Shown here in pieces: positions 10,083 to 19,061 of a DNA stretch of 64,000 nt. Both the position numbers and the translations under genes were made by a program. Numbering within the stretch: the stretch's first letter is position 1; every line of letters starts with the position of its first letter. The notes under the pieces were generated by a model that saw nothing but the letters and a program-made list of their open reading frames with translations, made no database searches and was not told the origin of the DNA. The stretch is from Candidatus Eiseniibacteriota bacterium (GTDB lineage: Bacteria; Eisenbacteria; RBG-16-71-46; CAIMUX01; VGJL01): NCBI GenBank assembly GCA_041946735.1, contig JBHGAY010000016.1, positions 32,001 to 96,000 of the forward strand. The letters are read 5' to 3'.

Positions 10083-11323
10083 CAGGATCCTGTCTCGGGC
10101 GACCGGTCTTGAGACGCGGAGGCAGCCGCCGTGGACGCAGCCGCGCCAGCAGCCGCGGCCGGCGCTCCCGCCAGTGTCTGGGCCCCCGGGGCAGGCTCCG
10201 GCCACCGGAGCGTGACCGTGAACGTGCTCCCCACCCCGCGCTCGCTCTCGACGGTCGCCTCTCCTCGATAGGCGTGCGCGATCTTCCTGACGATCGACAG
10301 TCCGAGTCCGCTCCCCAGGACGTTTCGCGTCTCGTCGTTCTTGATCCGTACGAACTCCTGGAACAGCCGCGCCGCTTCCGCCGGCGTCAGCCCGATGCCC
10401 GTGTCGCGCACGCGCACGACGGCGCCGTCCGGACCGGACTCGATCGCCACCTCCACCTTCCCGTCGTCCCGGTTGTACTTCACGGCGTTCGTGATGAGAT
10501 TGTTCAGGATGATCTCCATCTCGCCGCGATCCGCTTCGAAGGGGACCGGTCCCGCCTCGGGCGTCGCCAACGTGATCGCGATCCGGCGCGCCTGCGCATC
10601 CGGTGTGACCGTGTCGATCGAGGCTTGCGCGATCTCCCGCAGGTCGACCGGGACGAACTCCCGCTTCTTCTGCCCCGACTCCAGGCGCGTCAGGTCGAGC
10701 AGATCGAGGATCAGCTTGCGCATTCCCTCGACCCGGACGAGCGACCGCTCGATGGCCTTTTCGTAGGAATCGAGCGAGTCGCCCGAGTAGCGGTTCTTCA
10801 TCACATAGAGGTATCCCTCGATGGCCGCCAGCGGCGCCTTCAGTTCGTGGACGAGCACCGAGATGAACTGGAAGCGGATTTGCCGCTTCTCCTCGGCCAG
10901 CTTGCGCGCACGGCGCTGCAGGAGGAGATGGTTCGACGCCTTCCGCAGCGCCGCTTTCAGTTCCTCCGGCGTGAATGGCTTGGCCAGGAAGTCGTAGGCT
11001 CCGCGCTTGGTCGCGATGACCGCAGTTTCCAGCGAGGCGTAGGCAGTGATCATGACAGTCAGCATGTCGAGGTCCCGGCCGGCGAGGTTGTTCAAAAGAT
11101 CGAGCCCCGTCATTCCCGGCAGCTTGTGGTCGAGCAGGATCAGGTCGGGCGGCTCTGCCAGGATCCGCGCGAGCGCTTCCTCCCCCGAGTCCGCTTGCTC
11201 GACCCGGAAGCGCACCTCCTCGTCGCAGTCGGGGAGATGCGCCGCGTAGCGCTCCAGCGTGCGCACGACCGCCATGCGCATTCCCGGCTCGTCGTCGACG
11301 ATCAGGACGCGGAGAGGATCCAT
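10082..11323 (-). CDS. Hybrid response regulator receiver - histidine kinase
   Basis: LIVDDE, LILLDHKLP, FLAKPF; H-box HELKAPL; NLITNAVKY, DTGIG, GSGLGL. Confidence 0.9.
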   Translation of the reverse strand: MDPLRVLIVDDEPGMRMAVVRTLERYAAHLPDCDEEVRFRVEQADSGEEALARILAEPPDLILLDHKLPGMTGLDLLNNLAGRDLDMLTVMITAYASLETAVIATKRGAYDFLAKPFTPEELKAALRKASNHLLLQRRARKLAEEKRQIRFQFISVLVHELKAPLAAIEGYLYVMKNRYSGDSLDSYEKAIERSLVRVEGMRKLILDLLDLTRLESGQKKREFVPVDLREIAQASIDTVTPDAQARRIAITLATPEAGPVPFEADRGEMEIILNNLITNAVKYNRDDGKVEVAIESGPDGAVVRVRDTGIGLTPAEAARLFQEFVRIKNDETRNVLGSGLGLSIVRKIAHAYRGEATVESERGVGSTFTVTLRWPEPAPGAQTLAGAPAAAAGAAASTAAASASQDRSPETGS

Positions 11324-11337
11324 CTTGAGCCTCCGCC

Positions 11338-11757
11338 TCAGCCCTTCAGCAGGCGATCGATCTCGCCCCGGAGCTGCTCGTAGCGAACCGGCTTCGTGAG
11401 GACCGCGTCGACCTTCATCCAGGACCGCTCCTCGTGAGTCGTCGCGTCGAACTCGATGCCCGTCTCGCTCGTGACGCCGGTGACCAGGATCACGGGCATC
11501 ATCGGGTGCTGCTTCTTGATCCGGTAGGAGAGGACGAAACCCGCGTCCATCTGCTCCATCATCAGATCGAGGACGGCCAGGTCCGGCTGCCGCTTCGCGA
11601 GGAGTTCTTCCGCCTGCTTCTCCCCCACCGCCGCGAGGACCTCGAAGCCGTCCGCCTCGAGGCGCATCCGCTGCAGCTCGAGGAAGTCCTCGTCGTCGTC
11701 GACGAGGAGGATCGTCCGGCCCCTCTTGTTCCGCCCGGAGTTGCCTTCGCTTTGCAT
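11338..11757 (-). CDS. Single-domain response regulator (receiver only)
   Basis: ILLVDDD, VLDLMM, ILVTG, LTKPV. Confidence 0.9.
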   Translation of the reverse strand: MQSEGNSGRNKRGRTILLVDDDEDFLELQRMRLEADGFEVLAAVGEKQAEELLAKRQPDLAVLDLMMEQMDAGFVLSYRIKKQHPMMPVILVTGVTSETGIEFDATTHEERSWMKVDAVLTKPVRYEQLRGEIDRLLKG

Positions 11758-13760
11758 CAGTCCTGCTCTCCCTTCCGGGGAAGGGTGACGAGGAACGTCG
11801 TTCCGTGATCGTCACCCGGCCCGGTCTTCGACTCGACGCGGATATCTCCTCGGTGCATCTTCACGATTCCGTAGGACACAGCAAGCCCGAGTCCGGTCCC
11901 CTTGCCGATCTGCTTGGTCGTGAAGAACGGCTCGAAGAGCTTCTTCCGATTCTCCTCGGGGATTCCGACACCGGTGTCGGCGACGGAGATCGCGACCCTC
12001 TTTTCGTCCCCGGACGTGGAGATGGTCAGCGATCCTCCCGAAGACATCGCCTCGTACGCATTGCTGATCAGGTTGATCAACACTTGCGTGATCTGGTCCC
12101 CGTCAATCTCGGCGATCGGATCGGCGAGCTGATGGCGTATGCGGACGATCACGTTCGGAGGCGTACGCATGGTCTTCAGGCTGCGCGCCACGATCTCGCG
12201 CAAGTCGACAGGCTCGAGAACGACCTTGTTCTGGCGCGCAAAGTTCAGCAATCCCGCGACGATCTTCTTGCAGCGATCTGTCTCCTTGGCGATCATCGAC
12301 AGGTCGTCGCGCATCTTCGAACCCTCCTCGCATTCGTCGAGGAGCAAGTGCGAATAGAGGAGGACGACCCCCAGCGGGTTGTTCACTTCGTGCGCGATCC
12401 CCGCCGCGAGCTGCCCCATGCTAGCAAGCTTCTCGGACTGCACGAGCGCCTGTTGCGCGCTCGCGAGCTTCTCGTGCGAGATCGCCAGCTCCTTCACGGT
12501 CTTGCCGAGTTGGTCGATCGTATAGGGGAGACACATCTCGCTTTCGGCCAGCCCGCGATGGATCGCCATCGCGTGGTCGCGACAGGTGTCGTAGCCGCAC
12601 GCGCCGCAGTTGAGCTCGTCGCTGGGGCTGGTCTTGCCCATCTGCGCCATCAGGCGAGTGAGCTCCTCCTCGGACGGCGGATCGATCCGGTGATCGTTCT
12701 CGGTGAACCGCCGCGAGAGGTCGAGGTCGGCGACGCTTTCCAGCTCCATGCGCGCCGCCTCCCGGTCGACCTCTCTCCATCGCCGCCGCACGTACCCGCT
12801 CACCTTCGATCGCCTCTTGAAGTGCGCCGCGTGTGTCGTCATCCCCGGCCCCATGATGCAGCCACCGCAGCAGAGGACCTCCAGGAGACGCGCGTCCAGA
12901 TCGCCCGTCTCGAACTCCCGGATCGCCTCCTGGAACTCGGAGCGCCCGTTGGCGGTCATGATCTCGCCCGCCATGAGGTCCTCGGTCACGTTCGCGGCCT
13001 GCAGGAGCCCTCGGCTGATGGGGAAGAGCGCGCCCAATCCGCTGCGCGGCGGGTCGAAGTCCGACGGCTCGACGGCCAGCGGATCGATCTCGCGCGCGGA
13101 GAACATCTCGCGCAGCTCGCGGAAGGTGATGGCCGCGTGGACCTCCCCGGCGGCGTTCTCGCTCGTCGCCTCGATCTTCTTGGCGATGCACGGTCCGATG
13201 AACACGATCTTCAGATCCTTCCCGTACATCTGCTTGAGCGCGCGCGAGGCGGCGAGCATCGGCGATACCACCGGCGCGAGGAATCCGATCAGATTCGGGT
13301 AGTACCGCTCGACGTACCCGACGACGGCGGGGCAGGTCGTCGCAATGTAGCGCTCCGCCGGATGCTCGGCGAGAAGCCTCCGGTATTCCCGCGCCACGAG
13401 GTCCGCGCCGAAAGCAACCTCGGCGACGTAGTCGAACCCGAGAGCGCGGATCATTCCCACCAGCCTGCGGTAATCGAGGTCGATGAACTCTGCCGGGAAG
13501 CTTGGCGCGAGGCAAGCGGCGACCCGGTGCCGTGATGCGAGCAGGCGCATCACGCCGGGGATGCAGTTCAGCACCTGCTTCGCCTGCTGGCTGCAAACGC
13601 GAATGCAGTTGCCGCAGCCGATGCAGCGCTCGCTGATCACCTCCGCCTGTCCGTTCGAGATCCGGATCGCCTTGGCGGGGCATTCCCGCACGCAGGTGTA
13701 GCAGACCCGGCAGCGCTCCTTGATCGTGGTGACCAGCGCGACGTCCGCGGCGTTCCTCAT
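11757..13760 (-). CDS. Putative sensory [FeFe]-hydrogenase (group C type) fused to a histidine kinase
   Basis: 2x[4Fe-4S] motifs ([19 protein letters not shown]), [30 protein letters not shown], FeS domain CGACGYDTC...MC, then AHEVNNP and HATPase boxes. Confidence 0.88.
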   Translation of the reverse strand: MRNAADVALVTTIKERCRVCYTCVRECPAKAIRISNGQAEVISERCIGCGNCIRVCSQQAKQVLNCIPGVMRLLASRHRVAACLAPSFPAEFIDLDYRRLVGMIRALGFDYVAEVAFGADLVAREYRRLLAEHPAERYIATTCPAVVGYVERYYPNLIGFLAPVVSPMLAASRALKQMYGKDLKIVFIGPCIAKKIEATSENAAGEVHAAITFRELREMFSAREIDPLAVEPSDFDPPRSGLGALFPISRGLLQAANVTEDLMAGEIMTANGRSEFQEAIREFETGDLDARLLEVLCCGGCIMGPGMTTHAAHFKRRSKVSGYVRRRWREVDREAARMELESVADLDLSRRFTENDHRIDPPSEEELTRLMAQMGKTSPSDELNCGACGYDTCRDHAMAIHRGLAESEMCLPYTIDQLGKTVKELAISHEKLASAQQALVQSEKLASMGQLAAGIAHEVNNPLGVVLLYSHLLLDECEEGSKMRDDLSMIAKETDRCKKIVAGLLNFARQNKVVLEPVDLREIVARSLKTMRTPPNVIVRIRHQLADPIAEIDGDQITQVLINLISNAYEAMSSGGSLTISTSGDEKRVAISVADTGVGIPEENRKKLFEPFFTTKQIGKGTGLGLAVSYGIVKMHRGDIRVESKTGPGDDHGTTFLVTLPRKGEQD

Positions 13761-13815
13761 CGCTCACCCCTTCGTGGACTCCGGAGCTCTCGTCCGGTCC
13801 CGCGCGCGCCCATGG

Positions 13816-15579
13816 CTAGCTCACCGTCTCACGCGCGACGTAGTGCGTGTGCAGCAGCTCATGGCTCTTCTCGCCGCACGGATCCCCGAGGAACTCCGCG
13901 TAGAGACGGTTGACCGAGGGATTGCGGTGCGACGCAATCAGCCGGTCCTCGCGGTCGATGTTGTACAGCGCCTGCATGCGGGACCGCACGGCTGCCGAAT
14001 CGAGCCGGTGAGGCTGGCCGCCCCCGCCCACGCAGCCCCCCGGGCAGGTCATCACCTCGACGAAGTGGAGGTCCTTCCTGCCCTGGCGGATCTGCTCGAG
14101 CAGGCGCCGCGCCTGGGCGAGGCCGTTGACCGCCGCCACGCCCAGCTCGAGGTCCCCGATGCGAACGCGCGCCTCCTTGATCCCGGCCGGCCCGCGGAGG
14201 GCGGGGATCCTCGGCTGCGGCATCTCCGTGCCTGTGAGGAGGAAGTGCGCGGTTCGAATCGCCGCCTCCATGACCCCGCCGGCCGCTCCGAAGAGCTTGC
14301 CCGCGCTGCTGCGCTCGCCGAAGGGATTGTCGGCCGCCTCGGAGACGCACCCCTGGAGATCGAGCCCGTGCATCCGGATGATCTGCACCAGCTCGCGCGT
14401 CGTGAGGACGGCGTCGACGTCGGGGACCCCGCCGGGGCCCATCATCTCCGGACGTCCCGCCTCGAACTTCTTCGCCGTGCAGGGCATGATCGAAACGCTG
14501 AAGATCCGGGCGGGATCCAGGTGCTGTTGCTCGGCGAAGTAGCTCTTCACGACCGCCCCCATCATCTGCTGGGGACTCTTGCACGTGGAGACGTGCCCGA
14601 GCAGGTCAGGATAGAACTGCTCGACGAACTTCACCCAGCCGGGCGAGCAGCTCGTCATCATGGGAAGAGGCCCGCCGTTCTGAACGCGATGGACCAGCTC
14701 GGAGGCCTCTTCCATGATCGTCAGGTCGGCTGCGAAGCCCGTGTCGAACACGCGGTCGAAGCCGAGTTTCCTCAAGGTCGCCGTCATGATGCCGGCGACA
14801 TCGCTTCCCGGACGGAGGCCGAACTCCTCGCCGAGGGTCACGGAGACAGACGGGGCGTGCTGCGCGATCACGTAGAGGTCCGGGTCGTTCAGCGCGTTCA
14901 GGACCTCTTTCGCATGGCTCTGCTCGCTCAGAGCGCCGGTCGGGCAGACGACGATGCACTGTCCGCAGTTGATGCAGCTCGAAACGTTCAGGCCCCGCCG
15001 GAAGGCCGTGTCGACGACGGTGTGACACCCGCGGTGCACGAAGTCGATCGCCCCCACGCCCTGGATCTCTTCGCAGACCCTCACGCACTTCCCGCACAGG
15101 ATGCACTTGGCCGGGTCGCGAATGATCGAGGGGCTCGACATGTCGACGTCCAGGTTCGACCGGTTGCCCGCGTACTGGCGCTGGCGCACTCCGAGTTCCG
15201 CGGCGAGCTTGCGCAGGTCGCAGTTCGCGTTGCGCACGCAGTAGAGGCAATCGTCGGGATGGTTGGCGAGAAGCAGCTCGACGATCGTCTTGCGCGCGCG
15301 CACCGCCCGGGGTGAGTGGGTGCGGATCTTCATCCCGTCCGCCACCGGATGCGCGCAGCTTGGGATCAGGTTCCGCTGACCCTCCACCTCGACAACGCAC
15401 ATGCGGCAGGCGCCCGTGGGCGCCATCCCTTCCATGTGGCAGAGCGTCGGCACCTGGATCCCCGACCTGCGAAGGGCGGAAAGGATCGTCTCGCCGGGCT
15501 TCGCCTCGATGGGACGCTGATTGACCTCGATCGTGATCATCTGTCTCGAACCCTCCACGCTTCGCTCCTTCGACGCCAT
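13816..15579 (-). CDS. hydA: [FeFe]-hydrogenase group A catalytic subunit (HydA/HndD-like)
   Basis: N-terminal 2Fe-2S, HxxxCxxC, 2x4Fe-4S; H-cluster motifs TSCSPGW, MPCTAKKFE, EVMTCPGGCVGGGGQP; alternative start 15540. Confidence 0.95.
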   Translation of the reverse strand: MASKERSVEGSRQMITIEVNQRPIEAKPGETILSALRRSGIQVPTLCHMEGMAPTGACRMCVVEVEGQRNLIPSCAHPVADGMKIRTHSPRAVRARKTIVELLLANHPDDCLYCVRNANCDLRKLAAELGVRQRQYAGNRSNLDVDMSSPSIIRDPAKCILCGKCVRVCEEIQGVGAIDFVHRGCHTVVDTAFRRGLNVSSCINCGQCIVVCPTGALSEQSHAKEVLNALNDPDLYVIAQHAPSVSVTLGEEFGLRPGSDVAGIMTATLRKLGFDRVFDTGFAADLTIMEEASELVHRVQNGGPLPMMTSCSPGWVKFVEQFYPDLLGHVSTCKSPQQMMGAVVKSYFAEQQHLDPARIFSVSIMPCTAKKFEAGRPEMMGPGGVPDVDAVLTTRELVQIIRMHGLDLQGCVSEAADNPFGERSSAGKLFGAAGGVMEAAIRTAHFLLTGTEMPQPRIPALRGPAGIKEARVRIGDLELGVAAVNGLAQARRLLEQIRQGRKDLHFVEVMTCPGGCVGGGGQPHRLDSAAVRSRMQALYNIDREDRLIASHRNPSVNRLYAEFLGDPCGEKSHELLHTHYVARETVS

Positions 15580-15589
15580 CGCATCGCCT

Positions 15590-17587
15590 TCATGCCACCA
15601 GGACCGCATTCAGCTTGCACACTTCCAGACAGGTGCCGCAGCCGATGCACTTTTCCTGGATCACGTAGTGTGGACTCTTCGGCGCTCCGAGGATTGCCTC
15701 GGACGGGCACTTCCGGGCGCACAATCCGCAGCCCTTGCAGGCGTCTGGATCGATCGAGTAGGTCACCAGCTCCTTGCAGACCCCGGCGGGGCATCGCCGC
15801 TCGTAGATATGAGCCTCGTACTCGTCAGGGAACCAGCGCAGCGTCGAGAGGACCGGGTTCGGGGCGGTCTGCCCGAGCCCGCAAAGGCTCGTCTCCTTGA
15901 TCACCTCGGCCAGCCGGTTCAGGAGCATGACCCCCTTGAACCTCTGCAGCGCTTGTACGCCCGCCTCGCTGCGCCGTCCCCGCGTGATGCTTTGCATCAC
16001 CTCGAGCATGCGCCGCGTTCCCTCGCGGCATGGGATGCACTTGCCGCAGCTCTCTCGCTGGATGAAGTCCATGAAGAACTTCGCGACGTCGACCATGCAG
16101 GTCTCCTCGTCCATCACGACGAGCCCGCCCGAGCCCATCATCGCGCCGACCTTCTTCAGGGACTCGTAGTCGATGTCGATGTCCAGGTGCCTTTCGGGAA
16201 TACAACCCCCCGAAGGTCCGCCGATCTGCACCGCCTTGAAGGCCTTCTCCTTCGGGATGCCGCCGCCGATGTCGAAGACGATCTGCCGCAGGGGCGTTCC
16301 CATCGCGACCTCGACAAGACCGGTGCGCGCGACCTTCCCCGACAGGGCGAACACCTTTGTCCCCTTGGTGCCGGACGTCCCGATGGCCGAGAACCAGGCC
16401 GGGCCCCGATCGACAAGAGACGGGAGGTTCGCGAGAGTCTCGACGTTGTTGATGATCGTCGGATGGTCGAAGAGTCCTCGCACCGCCGGGAAGGGGGGAC
16501 GCGGGCGCGGCATGCCGCGTCTCCCCTCGATGCTGTTGATCAAGGCGGTCTCCTCGCCGCAAACGAATGCGCCCGCCCCCATCTTGATCGCGACGTCCAG
16601 GTGGAATCCGCTGTCGAGGATGTTATGCCCGAGCAGCCCGAGCGCACGCGCATCGGCGATCGCCTTTCGCAAGCGAGCGATCGCCAGCGGGTATTCGGCG
16701 CGCAGGTAGACATACGCCTTGCTCGCTCCAATGGCATAGGCGGCGATGGCGACTCCCTCCAGGAGCCGGTAGGGATCGCCTTCGATGACGGCGCGATCCA
16801 TGAATGCGCCCGGGTCTCCCTCGTCCGCGTTGCACACGAGGTACTTGGTGTCGCTCGCCGTCTTCAGGGCGATCTTCCACTTCGTGCCGGTCGGGAAACC
16901 GCCTCCTCCGCGTCCGCGCAATCCGCTCGACTCGACCAGGTCGCAGACATCCGCGGGCGCCATCGTGCGGATCGCGTGGGCGAAGGCCCGGTAGCCGCCG
17001 CGCGCGATGTACTCCTCGATCCGGCCCGGATCGATCAGCCCGCAGTTCGCGAGGACCCAGCGGGTCTGTGGCGCGAAGAAGGGATGCTGAGCCAGGCGCG
17101 GCACCCCCTCCCACGGTTCCAGACCTTCCTGATCGTGCTGCCCGAGAAGATGATCGGAGGGCGGCGATCCCCCGAGGGTGCGGTCGAGCAGGTCGACGAC
17201 TTTCTTCTGCGTGACCGAGTGGAAGCTGAGACGGCGCCGGCCGGGAAGCTGCACGTCGACTATCGGCTCAGCGGAGCAGAGTCCGATGCACCCGACCTCG
17301 ACGACTTCAACGTCGAGGCGCCGTTCCTCCAGATAGGCCCGGACGGCGGCAAGCGTCTTACCCGCTCCCGCTCCAAGCCCGCATGTGCCGGTGCCGACGT
17401 AGAGGATCGGACGCGTGGTGCTTGCGCGCCGATGCCGTGCAACCTCGGCAGAGCGGTGCTCGTGGCAGCCTTTGCTCTCGTGGCACAGCGGCCCGTTCGA
17501 GAAGCACTCGATCAGGTCCGGACAGGGACGATCGGGATGATGCCAGCACGCGTCGCAGCAGCGGAAAGTCGAGCGCTCCTCAGACAT
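15590..17587 (-). CDS. hydB: NADH/FMN-binding hydrogenase subunit HydB (NuoF-like) with thioredoxin-like 2Fe-2S and C-terminal 2x4Fe-4S domains
   Basis: GLRGRGGGGFPTG, NADEGDPGAFMDR, GAGAFVCGEETAL, GGPSGGC, ESCGKCIPCREG, SLCGLG. Confidence 0.95.
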   Translation of the reverse strand: MSEERSTFRCCDACWHHPDRPCPDLIECFSNGPLCHESKGCHEHRSAEVARHRRASTTRPILYVGTGTCGLGAGAGKTLAAVRAYLEERRLDVEVVEVGCIGLCSAEPIVDVQLPGRRRLSFHSVTQKKVVDLLDRTLGGSPPSDHLLGQHDQEGLEPWEGVPRLAQHPFFAPQTRWVLANCGLIDPGRIEEYIARGGYRAFAHAIRTMAPADVCDLVESSGLRGRGGGGFPTGTKWKIALKTASDTKYLVCNADEGDPGAFMDRAVIEGDPYRLLEGVAIAAYAIGASKAYVYLRAEYPLAIARLRKAIADARALGLLGHNILDSGFHLDVAIKMGAGAFVCGEETALINSIEGRRGMPRPRPPFPAVRGLFDHPTIINNVETLANLPSLVDRGPAWFSAIGTSGTKGTKVFALSGKVARTGLVEVAMGTPLRQIVFDIGGGIPKEKAFKAVQIGGPSGGCIPERHLDIDIDYESLKKVGAMMGSGGLVVMDEETCMVDVAKFFMDFIQRESCGKCIPCREGTRRMLEVMQSITRGRRSEAGVQALQRFKGVMLLNRLAEVIKETSLCGLGQTAPNPVLSTLRWFPDEYEAHIYERRCPAGVCKELVTYSIDPDACKGCGLCARKCPSEAILGAPKSPHYVIQEKCIGCGTCLEVCKLNAVLVA

Positions 17588-18056
17588 GGGCCACCACCTT
17601 CTTGCGGCATTCGTCGAGAATCTTCTTGATGCCGTCCGGTGTGACGCCGCCGTAGAACTCTCCGTTCACGGAGATCAGGGGGGCGAGACCGCAGGCGCCC
17701 ATGCAGGCGACGACCTCGAGGCTGAACATTCCATCCTTCGTGGTCTGCCCCGGCTGGATCTTCAGCGTCCGCTTCAAGGCCTCTAGAATGTTCGCGGAGT
17801 TCTTAACGTGGCAGGCAGTGCCGCGGCAGCACTGGACGTGCAGAAGTCCCGGCGCCTGGAAGCGGAACTGGTTGTAGAAGGTCGCCACCCCGTACACCTT
17901 GCTCGCAGGAAGCCCGAGATGGCGGCCGATCGCCAGCACCGTTTCATGGCTGAGGTAACCGCAGACATCCTGGATCTCCTGCAGGATAGGGATCAAGAAC
18001 TCGCGCCGCCGGTCCGGATAGCCGGCGAGGACCTTATCGACTTCCTTCGTGCTCAT
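17580..18056 (-). CDS. hydC: 2Fe-2S hydrogenase subunit HydC (NuoE-like)
   Basis: LIPILQEIQ, GVATFYNQF, CRGTACH, VACMGACGLAP. Confidence 0.93.
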   Translation of the reverse strand: MSTKEVDKVLAGYPDRRREFLIPILQEIQDVCGYLSHETVLAIGRHLGLPASKVYGVATFYNQFRFQAPGLLHVQCCRGTACHVKNSANILEALKRTLKIQPGQTTKDGMFSLEVVACMGACGLAPLISVNGEFYGGVTPDGIKKILDECRKKVVAHV

Positions 18057-18696
18057 GGCTCTCTTCCCTGGCAACGGCCAGTCGGGCGAAGTAAGCGGTC
18101 TTTTCGAGGAACATGGTGATATCGAGCGACTCCAGGTGGACTCCGGGAGGAACGCGCAGAGGAATTGGCGCGAAGTTCACGAGTCCTCGGACCCCGCCGG
18201 CGATGAGCTGGTCGGCGATCGCCTGAGCTTCGGAAGCCGGGAGGGTGAGAATCGCGACACGGGGCCGGCGTTCCGCAAGGACCGAGGAAAGCTCGGCGAG
18301 GGGGCGGCAAGGGCACCCATGGACCATCCGCCCAACCTTGGACGGATCCGTGTCGAAGGCGGCGATGATCGGGAGCTTGCCCTGCCCTTGGAAGTAGGCG
18401 AGGATCGCCCGGCCAAGGTTGCCGACCCCGATCAAGACTGTCGCCTCCGCGGCCGCTGAGTCGAGGAACCGGTCGAGCGTCCTGGCCAGCTCTGTGAGGT
18501 CGTAACCGCGGCTCGGGGTCGCGGTGAACCCGATGCTCATGAGATCACGCCTCACCTGCGCCGCCGTAACTCCTGCGTGGGATGCGAGTTCATGGGAGTA
18601 GACCGCCATCGTGCCGCGGCGGATCAATCCCGAGACAAGCCTCCTGTACAGGCTCAGTCGGCCAACCACCTTCGCGTTCAACGGATTGCCGGCCAT
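18034..18696 (-). CDS. rex: Redox-sensing transcriptional repressor Rex
   Basis: RLSLYRR, SHELA...TAAQVRRDL wHTH, GVGNLGRA Rossmann motif, NFAP. Confidence 0.92.
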   Translation of the reverse strand: MAGNPLNAKVVGRLSLYRRLVSGLIRRGTMAVYSHELASHAGVTAAQVRRDLMSIGFTATPSRGYDLTELARTLDRFLDSAAAEATVLIGVGNLGRAILAYFQGQGKLPIIAAFDTDPSKVGRMVHGCPCRPLAELSSVLAERRPRVAILTLPASEAQAIADQLIAGGVRGLVNFAPIPLRVPPGVHLESLDITMFLEKTAYFARLAVAREESHEHEGSR

Positions 18697-18729
18697 CGAC
18701 TCCTCGGGGTTGTCGTCTGTGGAATGGCA

Positions 18730-18764
18730 CTGTGAACACAGTCACAGCGTGAACCATTTCACAA
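18730..18764. promoter_or_regulatory. Two tandem Rex operators
   Basis: CTGTGAA-CACA-GTCACAG (18730-18747) and GCGTGAA-CCAT-TTCACAA (18747-18764) match the Rex consensus TTGTGAA-N4-TTCACAA, directly upstream of rex. Confidence 0.85.
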
Positions 18765-18768
18765 CGGA

Positions 18769-18797
18769 AGCATCGGCCAGGAGAAGGGCGATGTCAA
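18769..18797 (-). promoter_or_regulatory. Sigma70-type promoter of the rex-hyd operon
   Basis: TTGACA (18797-18792), 17-nt spacer, GATGCT (18774-18769); predicted TSS falls in the Rex box. Confidence 0.6.
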
Positions 18798-19061
18798 CTG
18801 CTTATTCGACCCGAGGAGCGGGGAAAGGAGACCTTATGCGGCTCGCGTCCCCCCCCGCCTCGATGGGGGACGGACACGAGCCTGACGTGGGAGGGAACCG
18901 CCCAGCGAGGGGGTGGCCGAACCGCCTCCTCCACCGGCCCCGATCTGACACCGCTGGGGTATACTCGACGGCGTCGAACCTGTGTTCACCCCTGAAGAGA
19001 TCGAACCGAAGGACTTGGGGGGTCCTTCCTCGGGTGCGTTCGGAAGCCAGAGGTAGCGAAG

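Noticed and set aside
14630..14665. HydA P1 motif TSCSP instead of TSCCP
   Set aside because: To my knowledge a common variant among multimeric group A enzymes; the other H-cluster motifs are canonical
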